Notes: generated by a model from the sequence alone, not told the origin. A stretch of DNA of 64,000 nt from Octopus bimaculoides (GCF_001194135.2 NC_068993.1:60696804-60760803); one strand, 5' to 3'; numbered from the stretch's first letter, positions 1-11,330 are shown. Made by a program: numbers and translations.

Positions 1-530
1 ATATAGGCGGTGCCCCCAGGGTGTCAACAGTCTTGTGAGTAAAACAAGTAAAAACTAAAAGTTAAACCCTTGCTTTCAGCTGGATATCCCAGGCCCGTCC
101 CACATTGTCCCTGTTCTCTTAGACATATAAATGTGAAGTGCACGTGTAAGAGAGGTGAGGAGCACTTTTTCTAGTTTGACATAATATTACCTTCCATATC
201 ACCAATATCTGAAATATATCACCCAGATTGCCAGGTCCCTTAATATCTCAACACATTTATAACTCTTAAGATTAATATTAACGAAAATATCATCGAGATA
301 AACGAGAATGCTAATATGTTATATAACATTTTCCTCCATGTAGCCGATATCATCAAACATATCAGGCAGATAACCAAGTTCTTCGATATGGTAATACCTT
401 AGGACCAAATAGCCAATAACATCAAAGCCCAGTTCTTCAAATATATTTATATTCTCCGCATATATTCTCAAGGGATATCATACAGATAACCCAGTTTACC
501 GATATTTCAATACCTTTTATTCATATCACA

Positions 531-691
531 GGCAGAGGCGTGGCTGTGTGAAAGCAAACTTGCTTCCCATCTAAATTGTTCGGGGTTCATTCCCATTGCA
601 TGGCACTTTGGGCAAGTGTCTCCTACTAAATTCCTGGGCCGACCAAAGCTTTATGAAAGGATTTAGTAGACGGAAATTGAAAGAAACCCGC
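531..691 (+). mobile_element. tRNA-derived SINE, family A (octopus OK-like)
   Basis: GGCAGAGGCGTGGCTGTGTG head, B-box-like GGGTTCATTCCC, then GGCACTTTGGGCAAGTGTCT...GGGCCGACCAAAGC...GTAGACGGAAATTGAAAGAAACCCG. Same body as the copies at 19480-19876 and 62891-63047. Confidence 0.85.
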
Positions 692-734
692 ATATATATA
701 TATATATATTCTTTTATTCCTTATTTTCTCTTAT

Positions 735-850
735 TCCTTCCTGTTGAAGAGCATAGACTCGAAACGTCAAAGACTTTCTCACTTTCTCGAGCGTCAAACT
801 ATTAAAACTACTTGTTGTTCATACACCTGTGTTCTTCTTTTGTTTTTCAG
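735..850 (+). mobile_element. Penelope-type terminal repeat (pLTR) fragment with hammerhead-like motif
   Basis: CTGTTGA-AGAGCATAGACTC-GAAACGTC followed by a T-rich tail, which is the layout of minimal hammerheads in Penelope pLTRs. Confidence 0.45.
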
Positions 851-904
851 TANNNNNNNNNNTATATATATATATATATCCTGTTTAACCCAAACTATTG
901 TAGA

Positions 905-1110
905 GGAAAGAAAAAATCTCGGCCAGACGTTTTTCTTCTAATATAAACTCACTCTTAACGATTTTGATAGTTTTATCCTATATTCTTGGATGCTAGACGA
1001 CATTGTTCCAGATTTTGGCTTCCAACTTCCAGAAGCACTACCAATTAACGAATATCACAAGAGATTTGCTCTAGTTAATAAGCACTCATCTATAATGGGA
1101 TCATACAAAA
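905..1110 (-). mobile_element. Possible Penelope GIY-YIG C-terminal fragment (degenerate)
   Basis: Minus translation LIGSASGSWKPKSGTMSSSIQEYRDKTIKIVKSEFILEEKRLAEIF loosely parallels the end of PLE endonuclease domains. Weak similarity. Confidence 0.25.
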
Positions 1111-1294
1111 TTCAAAGAACATTAAAACACAATTTCAAATAAACCAAAAAATAACAAACAATTCGACAGACAAAACAAAACTAGGTTAATGTTATGACAC
1201 TGTTCTCGTTTCGTTTCCGTATTTATTTTGTTGTTTTTTGTCATATTTGCTGATATATTAAATATTCGATTTCGAAGTAGCTACGTTTCTGGCT

Positions 1295-1396
1295 GTTGTT
1301 GTTGTTGTCGTTCTTCTTCTTCTTCTTCTTCTTCTTCTTCTTCTTCTTCTTCTTCTTCTTCTTCTTCTTCTTCTTCTTCTTCTTCTTCTTCTTCTT

Positions 1397-1426
<30 letters not shown>
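1295..1426 (+). repeat. (GTT)n followed by long pure (TTC)n microsatellite
   Basis: Directly visible; source of the poly-S/K/F/L ORFs. Confidence 0.98.
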
Positions 1427-1429
<3 letters not shown>

Positions 1430-1781
1430 CATTATTATTAATTTTTATTTCTTTCTTTTTGGTTTCTTTCAACCACTCCTGCTTTTGTTGTTAAGTCTAC
1501 ATTGTTATTTTAACTGTTGTTTTTGTTGTTGTTGTTGTTGGTGGTGCTGTTCCCTTTTGGCATACAAATGCCCTTAATGGATTTAATAAGCGCTTTGCCT
1601 GGCTTCGTGGCATTCTTGGCTTCTTTCTTTCATTCTTCTCCTTCCTTCTTTTCTTCTTTCTTTACTTCACAATCCATTTATTGTGTAATTTCCGTAGAGT
1701 AGAACTGCACATTAAGCAAATCATCCACCTACAGATATATTGTTGTACAATAAATGCACATGTAGGCATATACGTACGGAT

Positions 1782-1782
<1 letters not shown>

Positions 1783-1843
<61 letters not shown>

Positions 1844-1968
1844 ATATATGCATACATATATATATTTATATGTATATAATATATATATGTATATATGTAT
1901 GTATATATATATTTATGTATATACATACGTATGCATGCATATATGTTTATACATACATACATATATAT
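1783..1968 (+). repeat. (CA)n followed by TA/TATG-rich tract
   Basis: Directly visible; runs into an N-gap. Confidence 0.97.
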
Positions 1969-2430
1969 NNNNNNNNNNNNNNNNNNNNNNNNNNNNNNNN
2001 NNNNNNNNNNNNNNNNNNNNNNNNNNNNNNNNNNNNNNNNNNNNNNNNNNNNNNNNNNNNNNNNNNNNNNNNNNNNNNNNNNNNNNNNNNNNNNNNNNNN
2101 NNNNNNNNNNNNNNNNNNNNNNNNNNNNNNNNNNNNNNNNNNNNNNNNNNNNNNNNNNNNNNNNNNNNNNNNNNNNNNNNNNNNNNNNNNNNNNNNNNNN
2201 NNNNNNTATATATATATATATATACATACATACAGATAACTACTCGTTCACATACAAGCGAAGCATCTACGACCAATGTAATATGCGTACGTAGCTATTC
2301 AGACGTACACTCACACATGTATGTGTATATATATATATATATATATACATATATACATATATATCATATGTATGTGTGTATTGAACACGGATGAACTTAA
2401 GTGGTATAATACATACGCATACATACACGT

Positions 2431-2497
2431 ATACATTAAGTATATATGCATACATTAAGTATATATGCATACATTAAGTACATATGCATACATTAAA
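2431..2497 (+). repeat. 19-bp tandem repeat, about 3.5 copies (ATACATTAAGTATATATGC)
   Basis: Directly visible. Confidence 0.9.
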
Positions 2498-2626
2498 TCT
2501 TGTGTAGAGAGGAAATGAACGTGTGACATATATCTAACGACTGAAGTTCCAATTTCGGCAAAAATGAGTAAATGTCTGAACGATCTCGAGCGATTGGTCT
2601 TCAAGCGTATATATGGGTATACATCG

Positions 2627-2627
<1 letters not shown>

Positions 2628-2706
<79 letters not shown>

Positions 2707-2712
2707 GCGTGC
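2628..2712 (+). repeat. (TG)n microsatellite
   Basis: Directly visible. Confidence 0.98.
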
Positions 2713-3029
2713 GCACACAAGTGTATATATCTGTGTGGTGGGCATATCAAGCCTCTCGGTTTAACACAATCTGCTGGCCTGTTGATTACTTTTGCGGAGC
2801 TCGCTCTATTGCACTCTGTCGCAATAGGCTTTCAGCAGAGTTTCTCGTGCCATATCGACGCAAACCCAAAGAAAAACATAGGGACCAGTGAGTAGGAAAG
2901 GGGAACGATAGGCAAAGAGAAGAAGCTGTATGGAAATGATGAGTAAAATGGTAAAATGTTTAACAGCCACATGCGGTAAAGTCGTGTTTAAGATCATGTA
3001 TGTGACGATTCTAAAGTTATTCTTAGAAA

Positions 3030-4960
3030 CCCGTTCCATTCATCTTTGGTGAGAGCATGAAGAAATCTGTTTCAATTCGGACTAAGAAGATGTGTTAGGA
3101 TGTTGAACGCCTTCAATATGCAAAAGAAGATCTAAGAAAGAGCATAGTCAATAATCAACTTGTCTAGTTTGTAGTCGGATATATTTTATCTTTTAAGCTC
3201 CAGATATGTTTCGATAGTGTTGTGACGTCTTGCTTTATCTTCATGCGTAAACGCGTGCGCGTGCTGAGTATACATCTTACTCAGAGTTCTATTAATAGAG
3301 TTCTGAGTAAGGTCTATGTCTTACTCTGTATCGTTGCAGTTATTGATGGAAAATTTAGTGTAATATACGACACTTTTTTCTTGAGACGTTTACTGTTTAA
3401 AGGGCAAATACCTCTGTAGGAACAATTGCATTAAGATGAAGTATCGCATGTACTGAAAGGAACAGATTTGTTTCAATTAATTCGAATTAATGAAGAAGCG
3501 AAATTATCCGTACAGCTGTAACTTCAAGGTTATGGCTATCAAATATTTTATGGAACTTACGGTTTCGGAAAGTGCTTATTAACTAAACTTATAAAGGATC
3601 GGGTAATGATAAATATGACATTGGAAATGAAATAAAGGATTTTCCATATAACATCCCTTCTTCTGGCGTTGATAGCATTAGGGATTTTATGTGTGGTGTT
3701 GGGAAGGAATATATTCTATTCTGTTGCTGATGCCGTTTCTAATTAAAGTTTCATTGTAAAATACAGGAGCATGGTTAAAAGTCTCACCATCAGAAATTCT
3801 GGAAATTTTATCAATAATTCTTCAGAATGGTAAAGGATAATTTGAGCCTTTGTAAAGATAACCTATGATTTCATTTGGTTTTCTACAAGCGCTGTAATGT
3901 CTAAAGAGTTGACTATATTAGTATTGACACATACAGTAATCTTAAGGTCAAAAATTTTATAAGTATTAATTAAATTGTTTTCGAAGTCTGTCTAATTTAT
4001 GGTCATTCTTATTACAGGTTAAGTTTCGACAGACGTCACTGTATAACCATAATTTTATGAAATCAAATTTGGAGAGCAGTTGTCTAAAATAAATAATCCA
4101 CTTCAATGACAGGCATCGGATCCATCAAAGACGCCCACAGGGAGATCAAAACGCTGTGAGCTTTACGAAAAAGGATCATCGACAGATTGCCGAATCTCCT
4201 AGCAAGCATAATGACAGCTATGTCCTAATGCATGATAATAACATATCTGCTGCTGAATTGTAAGGCTTTCATTAACAACATTTCGCTAGCAGAAGGGGGA
4301 AAATGCAACGATATCGAATTGTGCGAATTTAGTTTTGTTTGTTGTATAAATTATATAACCAACCGATTAGTGAAGAGCGACCTTTCTAGAATGGATTGGT
4401 TAGTAAATTACATAATTCTGTAATTATTTGCACCAAGTATGACATTGACAACACGACCTAAATCACTTTTAGTAAGATTAGTAAGCTTGCATTAAGGATC
4501 AACTATAAAATTAGGTTTATAGTGTTTTAAGGTAATTCGTGGAGACCTAACAACTAAACATTCAATTCTATTGTCTAACTTGAAGACCAAAGCCGTTTTG
4601 TTTCTTTGTTAATAAGGTATTAGGACTAGCTTTCTTATAAGTCTTTGTAACTTTACAGTTTTTCTCAACTTCATAAATGCTTTATTCTATCTGAAGCGAC
4701 ATGCAATTTACTAGAATTACGGCAATGCTTCAAGTCATTCATTAACGTTTCCTGGAAGGTATCAGAATAATTTTCCTGGACTTTATCTTCCTTATCATAT
4801 TCAGGAAGTCGAATTAAAAAGCTTTCAGTGCTCTAAGTTTTAAGGGCAATTGTTTTTGTCTTTGATCTAATTTTTCATTTAGATAATTCGTCATGCAAAT
4901 TTTTACGCAAAACTACGCTTTCCAACTTCCGTTTTGAAAAAGATGCTCGCCTTTTGCGAT
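3030..4960 (-). mobile_element. Penelope-like retroelement fossil (RT + GIY-YIG endonuclease), many stops and frameshifts
   Basis: Minus-strand peptides appear in the expected order: KFAQFDIVA (about 4330-4305), FDLPVGVFDGSDAC (about 4150-4100), LYSDV in place of LYRDD, ARRRDVIW (about 3668-3643), VNKHFPKP / FHKIFDSHNLEV / YSCTDN, CPLNSKRL (about 3407-3384) and KHIWSLKDK (about 3213-3187). These match hallmark motifs of marine-invertebrate PLEs (FDVxMGxxDG, IWFNPP, KHFPK, SYSC, CPL, LSKHIWxLK). Confidence 0.88.
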
Positions 4961-5717
4961 GCTTCCTCATATCACCATTGCTCTCTGGGATAGTCGCGTG
5001 AAGGTATAATTTTTATTGAGTATAGGTAGGAATGAACATGTGTGTGTGTGTGTGTGTGTGTGTGTNNNNNNNNNNNNNNNNNNNNNNNNNNNNNNNNNNN
5101 NNNNNNNNNNNNNNNNNNNNNNNNNNNNNNNNNNNNNNNNNNNNNNNNNNNNNNNNNNNNNNNNNNNNNNNNNNNNNNNNNNNNNNNNNNNNNNNNNNNN
5201 NNNNNNNNNNNNNNNNNNNNNNNNNNNNNNNNNNNNNNNNNNNNNNNNNNNNNNNNNNNNNNNNNNNNNNNNNNNNNNNNNNNNNNNNNNNNNNNNNNNN
5301 NNNNNNNNNNNNNNNNNNNNNNNNNNNNNNNNNNNNNNNNNNNNNNNNNNNNNNNNNNNNNNNNNNNNNNNNNNNNNNNNNNNNNNNNNNNNNNNNNNNN
5401 NNNNNNNNNNNNNNNNNNNNNNNNNNNNNNNNNNNNNNNNNNNNNNNNNNNNNNNNNNNNNNNNNNNNNNNNNNNNNNNNNNNNNNNNNNNNNNNNNNNN
5501 NNNNNNNNNNNNNNNNNNNNNNNNNNNNNNNNNNNNNNNNNNNNNNNNNNNNNNNNNNNNNNNNNNNNNNNNNNNNNNNNNNNNNNNNNNNNNNNNNNNN
5601 NNNNNNNNNNNNNNNNNNNNNNNNNNNNNNNNNNNNNNNNNNNNNNNNNNNNNNNNNNNNNNNNNNNNNNNNNNNNNNNNNNNNNNNNNNNNNNNNNNNN
5701 NNNNNNNNNNNNNNNNN

Positions 5718-5756
<39 letters not shown>

Positions 5757-5787
5757 TGTGTGTATGTATATGTAGGTATGTGCACAC

Positions 5788-5832
<45 letters not shown>

Positions 5833-6928
5833 CATTATGATACTAATAAACAGCTGTTAAAACTCAACAAACGTATGCTCTAGAGTAAAGCGTTAGGCGA
5901 GTACAGAGCAGAATATCAATTAATGAATGACAAAAGGACAGGAGTCACGTAATCACCTCCAATTAGCTTACAGCTGTTTCTGATATAACAAGCAGTGCAC
6001 TCAGAGCTGAGTGCACAAAACGCTCGCAGTAATTTTCTCGTATATTTCTACATGCATATATAAATTATGTACAAATCTATGTGTTTATGTTGTTTATGAT
6101 ACATAGATCTATTAGTGTATATTGTATGCATGTGGATAGGTGCATTGTGATATGGGAGAGAGTGTGTGTGTAATATGTATGTGAATGTTTGAGACAATAT
6201 GTGTGTGAGGGCATTTCATGTGTACAAAGGATACGGCGGTTTCTCTGTGTGTGTGTGTGTACATTTGTATTGCAGAGGATAAAGGAGCGAGGGGTATATG
6301 AATAGATAGGTAAAGATATATGTATCATAGAGAGAGAGAGACAGAGAGAGAGAGAGAGAAAGAGNNNNNNNNNNNNNNNNNNNNNNNNNNNNNNNNNNNN
6401 NNNNNNNNNNNNNNNNNNNNNNNNNNNNNNNNNNNNNNNNNNNNNNNNNNNNNNNNNNNNNNNNNNNNNNNNNNNNNNNNNNNNNNNNNNNNNNNNNNNN
6501 NNNNNNNNNNNNNNNNNNNNNNNNNNNNNNNNNNNNNNNNNNNNNNNNNNNNNNNNNNNNNNNNNNNNNNNNNNNNNNNNNNNNNNNNNNNNNNNNNNNN
6601 NNNNNNNNNNNNNNNNNNNNNNNNNNNNNNNNNNNNNNNNNNNNNNNNNNNNNNNNNNNNNNNNNNNNNNNNNNNNNNNNNNNNNNNNNNNNNNNNNNNN
6701 NNNNNNNNNNNNNNNNNNNNNNNNNNNNNNNNNNNNNNNNNNNNNNNNNNNNNNNNNNNNNNNNNNNNNNNNNNNNNNNNNNNNNNNNNNNNNNNNNNNN
6801 NNNNNNNNNNNNNNNNNNNNNNNNNNNNNNNNNNNNNNNNNNNNNNNNNNNNNNNNNNNNNNNNNNNNNNNNNNNNNNNNNNNNNNNNATATATATATAT
6901 ATTATATATGTATATATGTATACACACG

Positions 6929-6961
<33 letters not shown>

Positions 6962-7678
6962 GCATATATGCATATATAGCATACATATAAAAGTTTGCAG
7001 TTGGTGACTAAACCACTAGACGGAAACAGATGCACAGATGCACATTCATACACCAAAGCACGCACTCCCACAATTCTATATGAATGCATCGTGTATACAT
7101 CTGCATGTGCATTCACGTGCTGTATGTGTGTGTGTGTGTGTGTATATATGTGTGTGTGTGTATGTGTGTGTGTGTGGCTGTATACTAAATGGAGATGGGA
7201 TTCTGGAATGAAGAAATACGTCATCATCATCGGATCATTACTTTCGGCGCTGTTTAGCGTCGCGTTAAAGGCGCTTCTTGGTCGGTCTTCAGCTGGTTAT
7301 TGCCATTGATGTTAAGATATTTGGGAATCCTCATTACTGCGAGATAATTACGTAAAACAGATGTCCGTATTAAGTTGTAGCTATAATATTTTCCACTGAA
7401 AGCTGTGTTAATTAGCAAGACGCGAACAGAATATAAAGGAAATACGATTTGTATTTATAATACTCCAACTGTTTTATTGCATTAAACGGTATATATAAAG
7501 AAGTTGAAAGTTGTTATTTACTCTGTGTTCATCAAGATGGTATGCATATTTATTCGTAATACCTAATGGCGGATTCGAACGCAAATATGCTAATCGCTCT
7601 TATGTCGCGGGAGAGAAACATCTCGCGTTTACGACGACAATGCGTTCATAATACTCTCGGTTCGTTTGGGAAAAGGGA

Positions 7679-7724
7679 TTCTCAGACATCTGGGTGTCGA
7701 TATGTTGGGTTTCATCAGCCAGAA
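7679..7724 (-). ncRNA. Degenerate minimal type I hammerhead ribozyme motif (left arm of palindrome)
   Basis: TTCTGG-CTGATGA-AACCCAACATATC-GACAC-CCAGAT-GTC-TGAGAA: intact CUGAUGA and GUC site, GAAA mutated to GACA, weak stem II. Confidence 0.5.
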
Positions 7725-7973
7725 GTCCCAGGAACTTTGAGCTTAAAGAAGCTGCTGGCTTTGTTTATTATTTCAGCGAAGAAACTGTTTTTCACTGATC
7801 AGTGCTGATATCTGCCGATCAATAAAAATTTGTTATTTGGAAATTTCGCTGTACGCAGTGCAAATAACGATATTTAATCGGTTGGCAGATATCAGCACTG
7901 ATCAGAAAACAATTTGTTGGGTGAAATTATTAACAAAAGCATTTGCTTGTTTTATACTCAAAGTTACTGGCAC

Positions 7974-8019
7974 TTCTGACTGACCTGACACAACATATCG
8001 AAACACCATAGTCTCAGGA
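7974..8019 (+). ncRNA. Degenerate minimal type I hammerhead ribozyme motif (right arm of palindrome)
   Basis: TTCTGA-CTGACCT-GACACAACATATC-GAAAC-ACCATA-GTC-TCAGGA: 6-bp stem I (one G-U), intact GAAAC and GUC, CUGANGA damaged at G8/A9. Confidence 0.5.
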
Positions 8020-8469
8020 TGAGACGAGTGGGTTATCAACACGTTGTCGTCGTAAAAGGGCGAGGTTGTTATTCTGTCACACACACAACAGTGTCTAGCA
8101 TACTTGCGTTCAAATCGGCCAAAACGTTTTAAGAATATGGATGCAGTTCATCTTTTTTAGTAAAGAAATAGGCTTGCTGCAAAGACAGAAAATTATAAAA
8201 TAGTGTAAGGCTACAAGAATATCTTGTAATGGCCAAAAGCAATCGCATGCAAATAACAACATTGCATGGTAAAACTGCTTTCCGTCTTCAAGGAAACTAA
8301 CAAATATGAAATATACTGTGAAGTAACAGAATGTTGTGGAAAAGATGAGGGTTTTTTTTTTTTCAGTTATTCGATCAGCTTAATAATCGGTTCATCGAAT
8401 TAGCCTATCAATGGCTGAGTGGCTGAGTGTGATAAGCCTTTAAATTATAAGTACAAGTCACACAAAGGG

Positions 8470-8622
8470 ATTCGGCACAGTCTTCGTCGATCCGAATTTA
8501 CTTACAAGGCTTGAATAGCTGCGAGGCTGAGATAAAAATATTTGCCCAAAATTTCACGTGGTCGGATTGAGCCTGAGAGCTTATGATTGTGTAGCGGACT
8601 TCTTAACTAACCAGCCACGCTG
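8470..8622 (-). mobile_element. SINE family A, diverged
   Basis: Reverse complement begins GCGTGGCTGGTTAGTTAAGAAG and contains TTGGGCAAATATTTT...CCTTGTAAGTAAATTCGG...GACGAAGACTG. Confidence 0.65.
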
Positions 8623-9029
8623 CGTGCACAAGACATTATTACAACCACCAACAGCAACACCACCGCCACCACCACAATAACAGCAACACCACTACCACCA
8701 ACACCACCACCACCACTAACACAATACAACCACCAGCACCACCAACACCATCATTGCTTTTGTTGGATTTAATTCAAGTTTCGACTGTATGTACTTCAAA
8801 TTTCCAGTTACCAGAACTCCGTTGTTGAATTATTGTACAACTGGCCGAATATTCCACATACACACACACCTGTAACATTAACGCGATCCTCCGACAGATT
8901 AAGGTTTACGGTGTACAAGAGAAGACTAACCGTTTTTAATGACTGGTACAATCTATTCGATGAGCTTCCATACAACACATCGTTTCTATGGAGACGTATC
9001 TCTCATAATACTTAAATTAGCACGTGACT

Positions 9030-9125
9030 CTGGTAGAACACACATACGTGAGGTTTCACACAGTAGGATCGAAACCCGGAACTTGTGGTTGAGAAAAGAA
9101 CTCTTTAGCTATTCGGCCATGATGC
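9030..9125 (-). mobile_element. SINE 5-prime (tRNA-like) fragment
   Basis: Minus strand has ...AACCACAAGTTCCGGGTTTCGATCCTACTGTGTG, matching the family A head. Confidence 0.55.
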
Positions 9126-9359
9126 CTTCTGCCACCATCATACACGTGATTTACGTCAGCGATACTTCAACTCTGCTTCTTAAGTGTTTCTAGCGTGTGA
9201 TAATGGCGGGGAAATATGAGGGCTGGCGAGGGGGCGGGGAGGATCAAGTGGCGGATTTATAATCTAATGCATTGTAATAGAATAATTCCTCGTAACTGCA
9301 TGTCTTCATCTTCTTTAGAAGAAGCAGCATCTTTAAAACGATTACGTTGTTTATGTCCA

Positions 9360-9521
9360 CGATAATGACAATAACAGCAGCAGCAGCAGCAACAATATTA
9401 AGAACGATAATCACGGATGATAATCACGAAGATGATGACGATGATAAAGATAACGATGACGATGATGATGATGATGGTCATGGTGATCATGTCGATCATG
9501 ATGATGATGTTCACTGTCATG

Positions 9522-9579
<58 letters not shown>

Positions 9580-9599
9580 TAATTATTATTATTATTATT

Positions 9600-9644
<45 letters not shown>

Positions 9645-9645
9645 C
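9360..9645 (+). repeat. Compound trinucleotide tract (GCA/GAT/AAT/TAT/TGT)
   Basis: Directly visible; source of the poly-D/N/Y/C ORF. Confidence 0.95.
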
Positions 9646-10060
9646 GGTTATTGTGTTTACGAGAACTGTCATGATTCTGATTCTGATGAGACTTATGATT
9701 ATAACGGTCGTTCTCTATGATTACGGGATGCGACAGGTAAGGAAGGGAGTTGCAAAGCCCTGCCGTGTATCCGTGTGCTCATTAGCTTGGTCAATCGAGC
9801 CAATAATACTGTTAAGTTGACCTCTACTTCGTTGTATTCATTGAAGTAATTTCGATGAATTTATTGCTAAAATCGTTGCACTTAAAACTAAGCCCCTTGA
9901 AGGCAAGCTGACAGTTTAGTCTATAATTCTATTATCCGATATTTCCAGGGACATATTGCCATTTAATACATCAAACTTCTATGGTTTGCTTTGCTGTTTT
10001 CATATAAATACTAGAGGCGATTCTGTTAGCGGAGTGCTGATGGAGTTGCTGTTGTTGTTC

Positions 10061-10113
<53 letters not shown>

Positions 10114-10689
10114 GNNNNNNNNNNNNNNNNNNNNNNNNNNNNNNNNNNNNNNNNNNNNNNNNNNNNNNNNNNNNNNNNNNNNNNNNNNNNNNNNNNNNNN
10201 NNNNNNNNNNNNNNNNNNNNNNNNNNNNNNNNTCACGTTTTCGCGTTAATCGGCTGGCTCCTCTCTATCTCCAGAAATTTGAAGAAATGTGAAAAAGATG
10301 CGGGTTCTATCTTCCGCCGGAGAGAAATGTGTTCTAATCGTAAAAAAAAAATTAAATAAAATAAAGAACTTTTTTCATCATCGGAATGATGGAACCGTGT
10401 AGTCCCGGTTATGGAAACACTCTTCGATTCCATCCTCTTTGCTGCCGTTCTTTGCAATTGCGAAGACCAAGTAGAAACCAATGTAGGAACCATGCGCTGC
10501 CTATTCAAAGCTTAAACCAGCATGGGAGCCTTTACTCTGCATGGTTGCAGGATTTGTTAGAAATAACAGCAAAATCTTACTCAAATTACCTTCTATTGTT
10601 TAAAAAAAATGGGGAAGGAAACTTTTTTAAACAATACTGTATGGTCACAGCTGGAACGCCTTTGCTGTTGGAGTCTAAATAAAACAGCA

Positions 10690-10905
10690 ACAGCAGTAAT
10701 AACAACAATATAGTATGAGTCAACGAGGGAGTGTCTAAGGAGCGGTTTGACCTTCTAGAAATAGCAGCCAAATATCCTTTATTCCTGCTTTAAATAAAAT
10801 GTAGACACTTCAGATCGTGTTAGTTGGTCAAAGCTGGAATGCTTTTGCTTATCCAAGGTCAGCCGGCTTAGGGCTGATCTAGGATAATCAACAACAACAA
10901 CAGCA
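10690..10905 (-). mobile_element. Short dispersed repeat, family D
   Basis: Reverse complement shares GATTTGGCTGCTATTTCTAG...GGTC and CAGCCC...AAAAGCATTCCAGC blocks with 26100-26290, 42950-43160 and 47020-47200. Confidence 0.65.
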
Positions 10906-11327
10906 GCAACAGCAACAATTACCAAACAGCAGCACGTTTCCTCGGATAGAATCCTAACAACAAATTTCACCGATGCATGACGCAACTCCGACACCACAAC
11001 CGAATCATTAACATTCTGCACAGTCGTCCATTCAATGTATTTATCGATGGAGATACAGAAATAAATATATAAAATAGAAAGTTTATTTCCGTGACCTTAA
11101 CTCTGGAACTCTATACGTATATATAGAACCACAGTTTGCTCAAGGGGAACATCCAGACTACAGATGACTTATTTCTCCTTCCTAACAATGCATTTCAATC
11201 ACAGACACTTTTGTAATGTTTAACAATAGAACTTATGATTTCTTAATGAGATTTTGACGCGTTAGCTAAATAGAGTTAACTGTCTTGCCGAAGAATATAA
11301 TACGGCGCTTGCAGTGGCAGATAAAAA

Positions 11328-11330
11328 TAC

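Larger units (their letters stand above)
7535..8155. repeat. Long imperfect inverted repeat (palindrome) centred at about 7850
   Basis: Perfect 22-bp arms 7795-7816 / 7884-7905 (CTGATCAGTGCTGATATCTGCC). Colinear similarity continues outward: TCGATATGTTG, CAGAAGT.CCAG.AACTTTGAG, TTTACGACGACAA, TGGC.GATT.GAACGCAA.TATGCTA. Confidence 0.92.

Noticed and set aside
282-306. LVYLDDIFV on the minus strand as a reverse-transcriptase active site
   Set aside because: No other RT motifs flank it, and the surrounding sequence is GATAT-rich low complexity.
9683-9715. CTGATGA-GAC...GTC as a hammerhead
   Set aside because: The required GAAA is replaced by GTTC, there is no stem I/III, and it sits beside a GAT-rich microsatellite.
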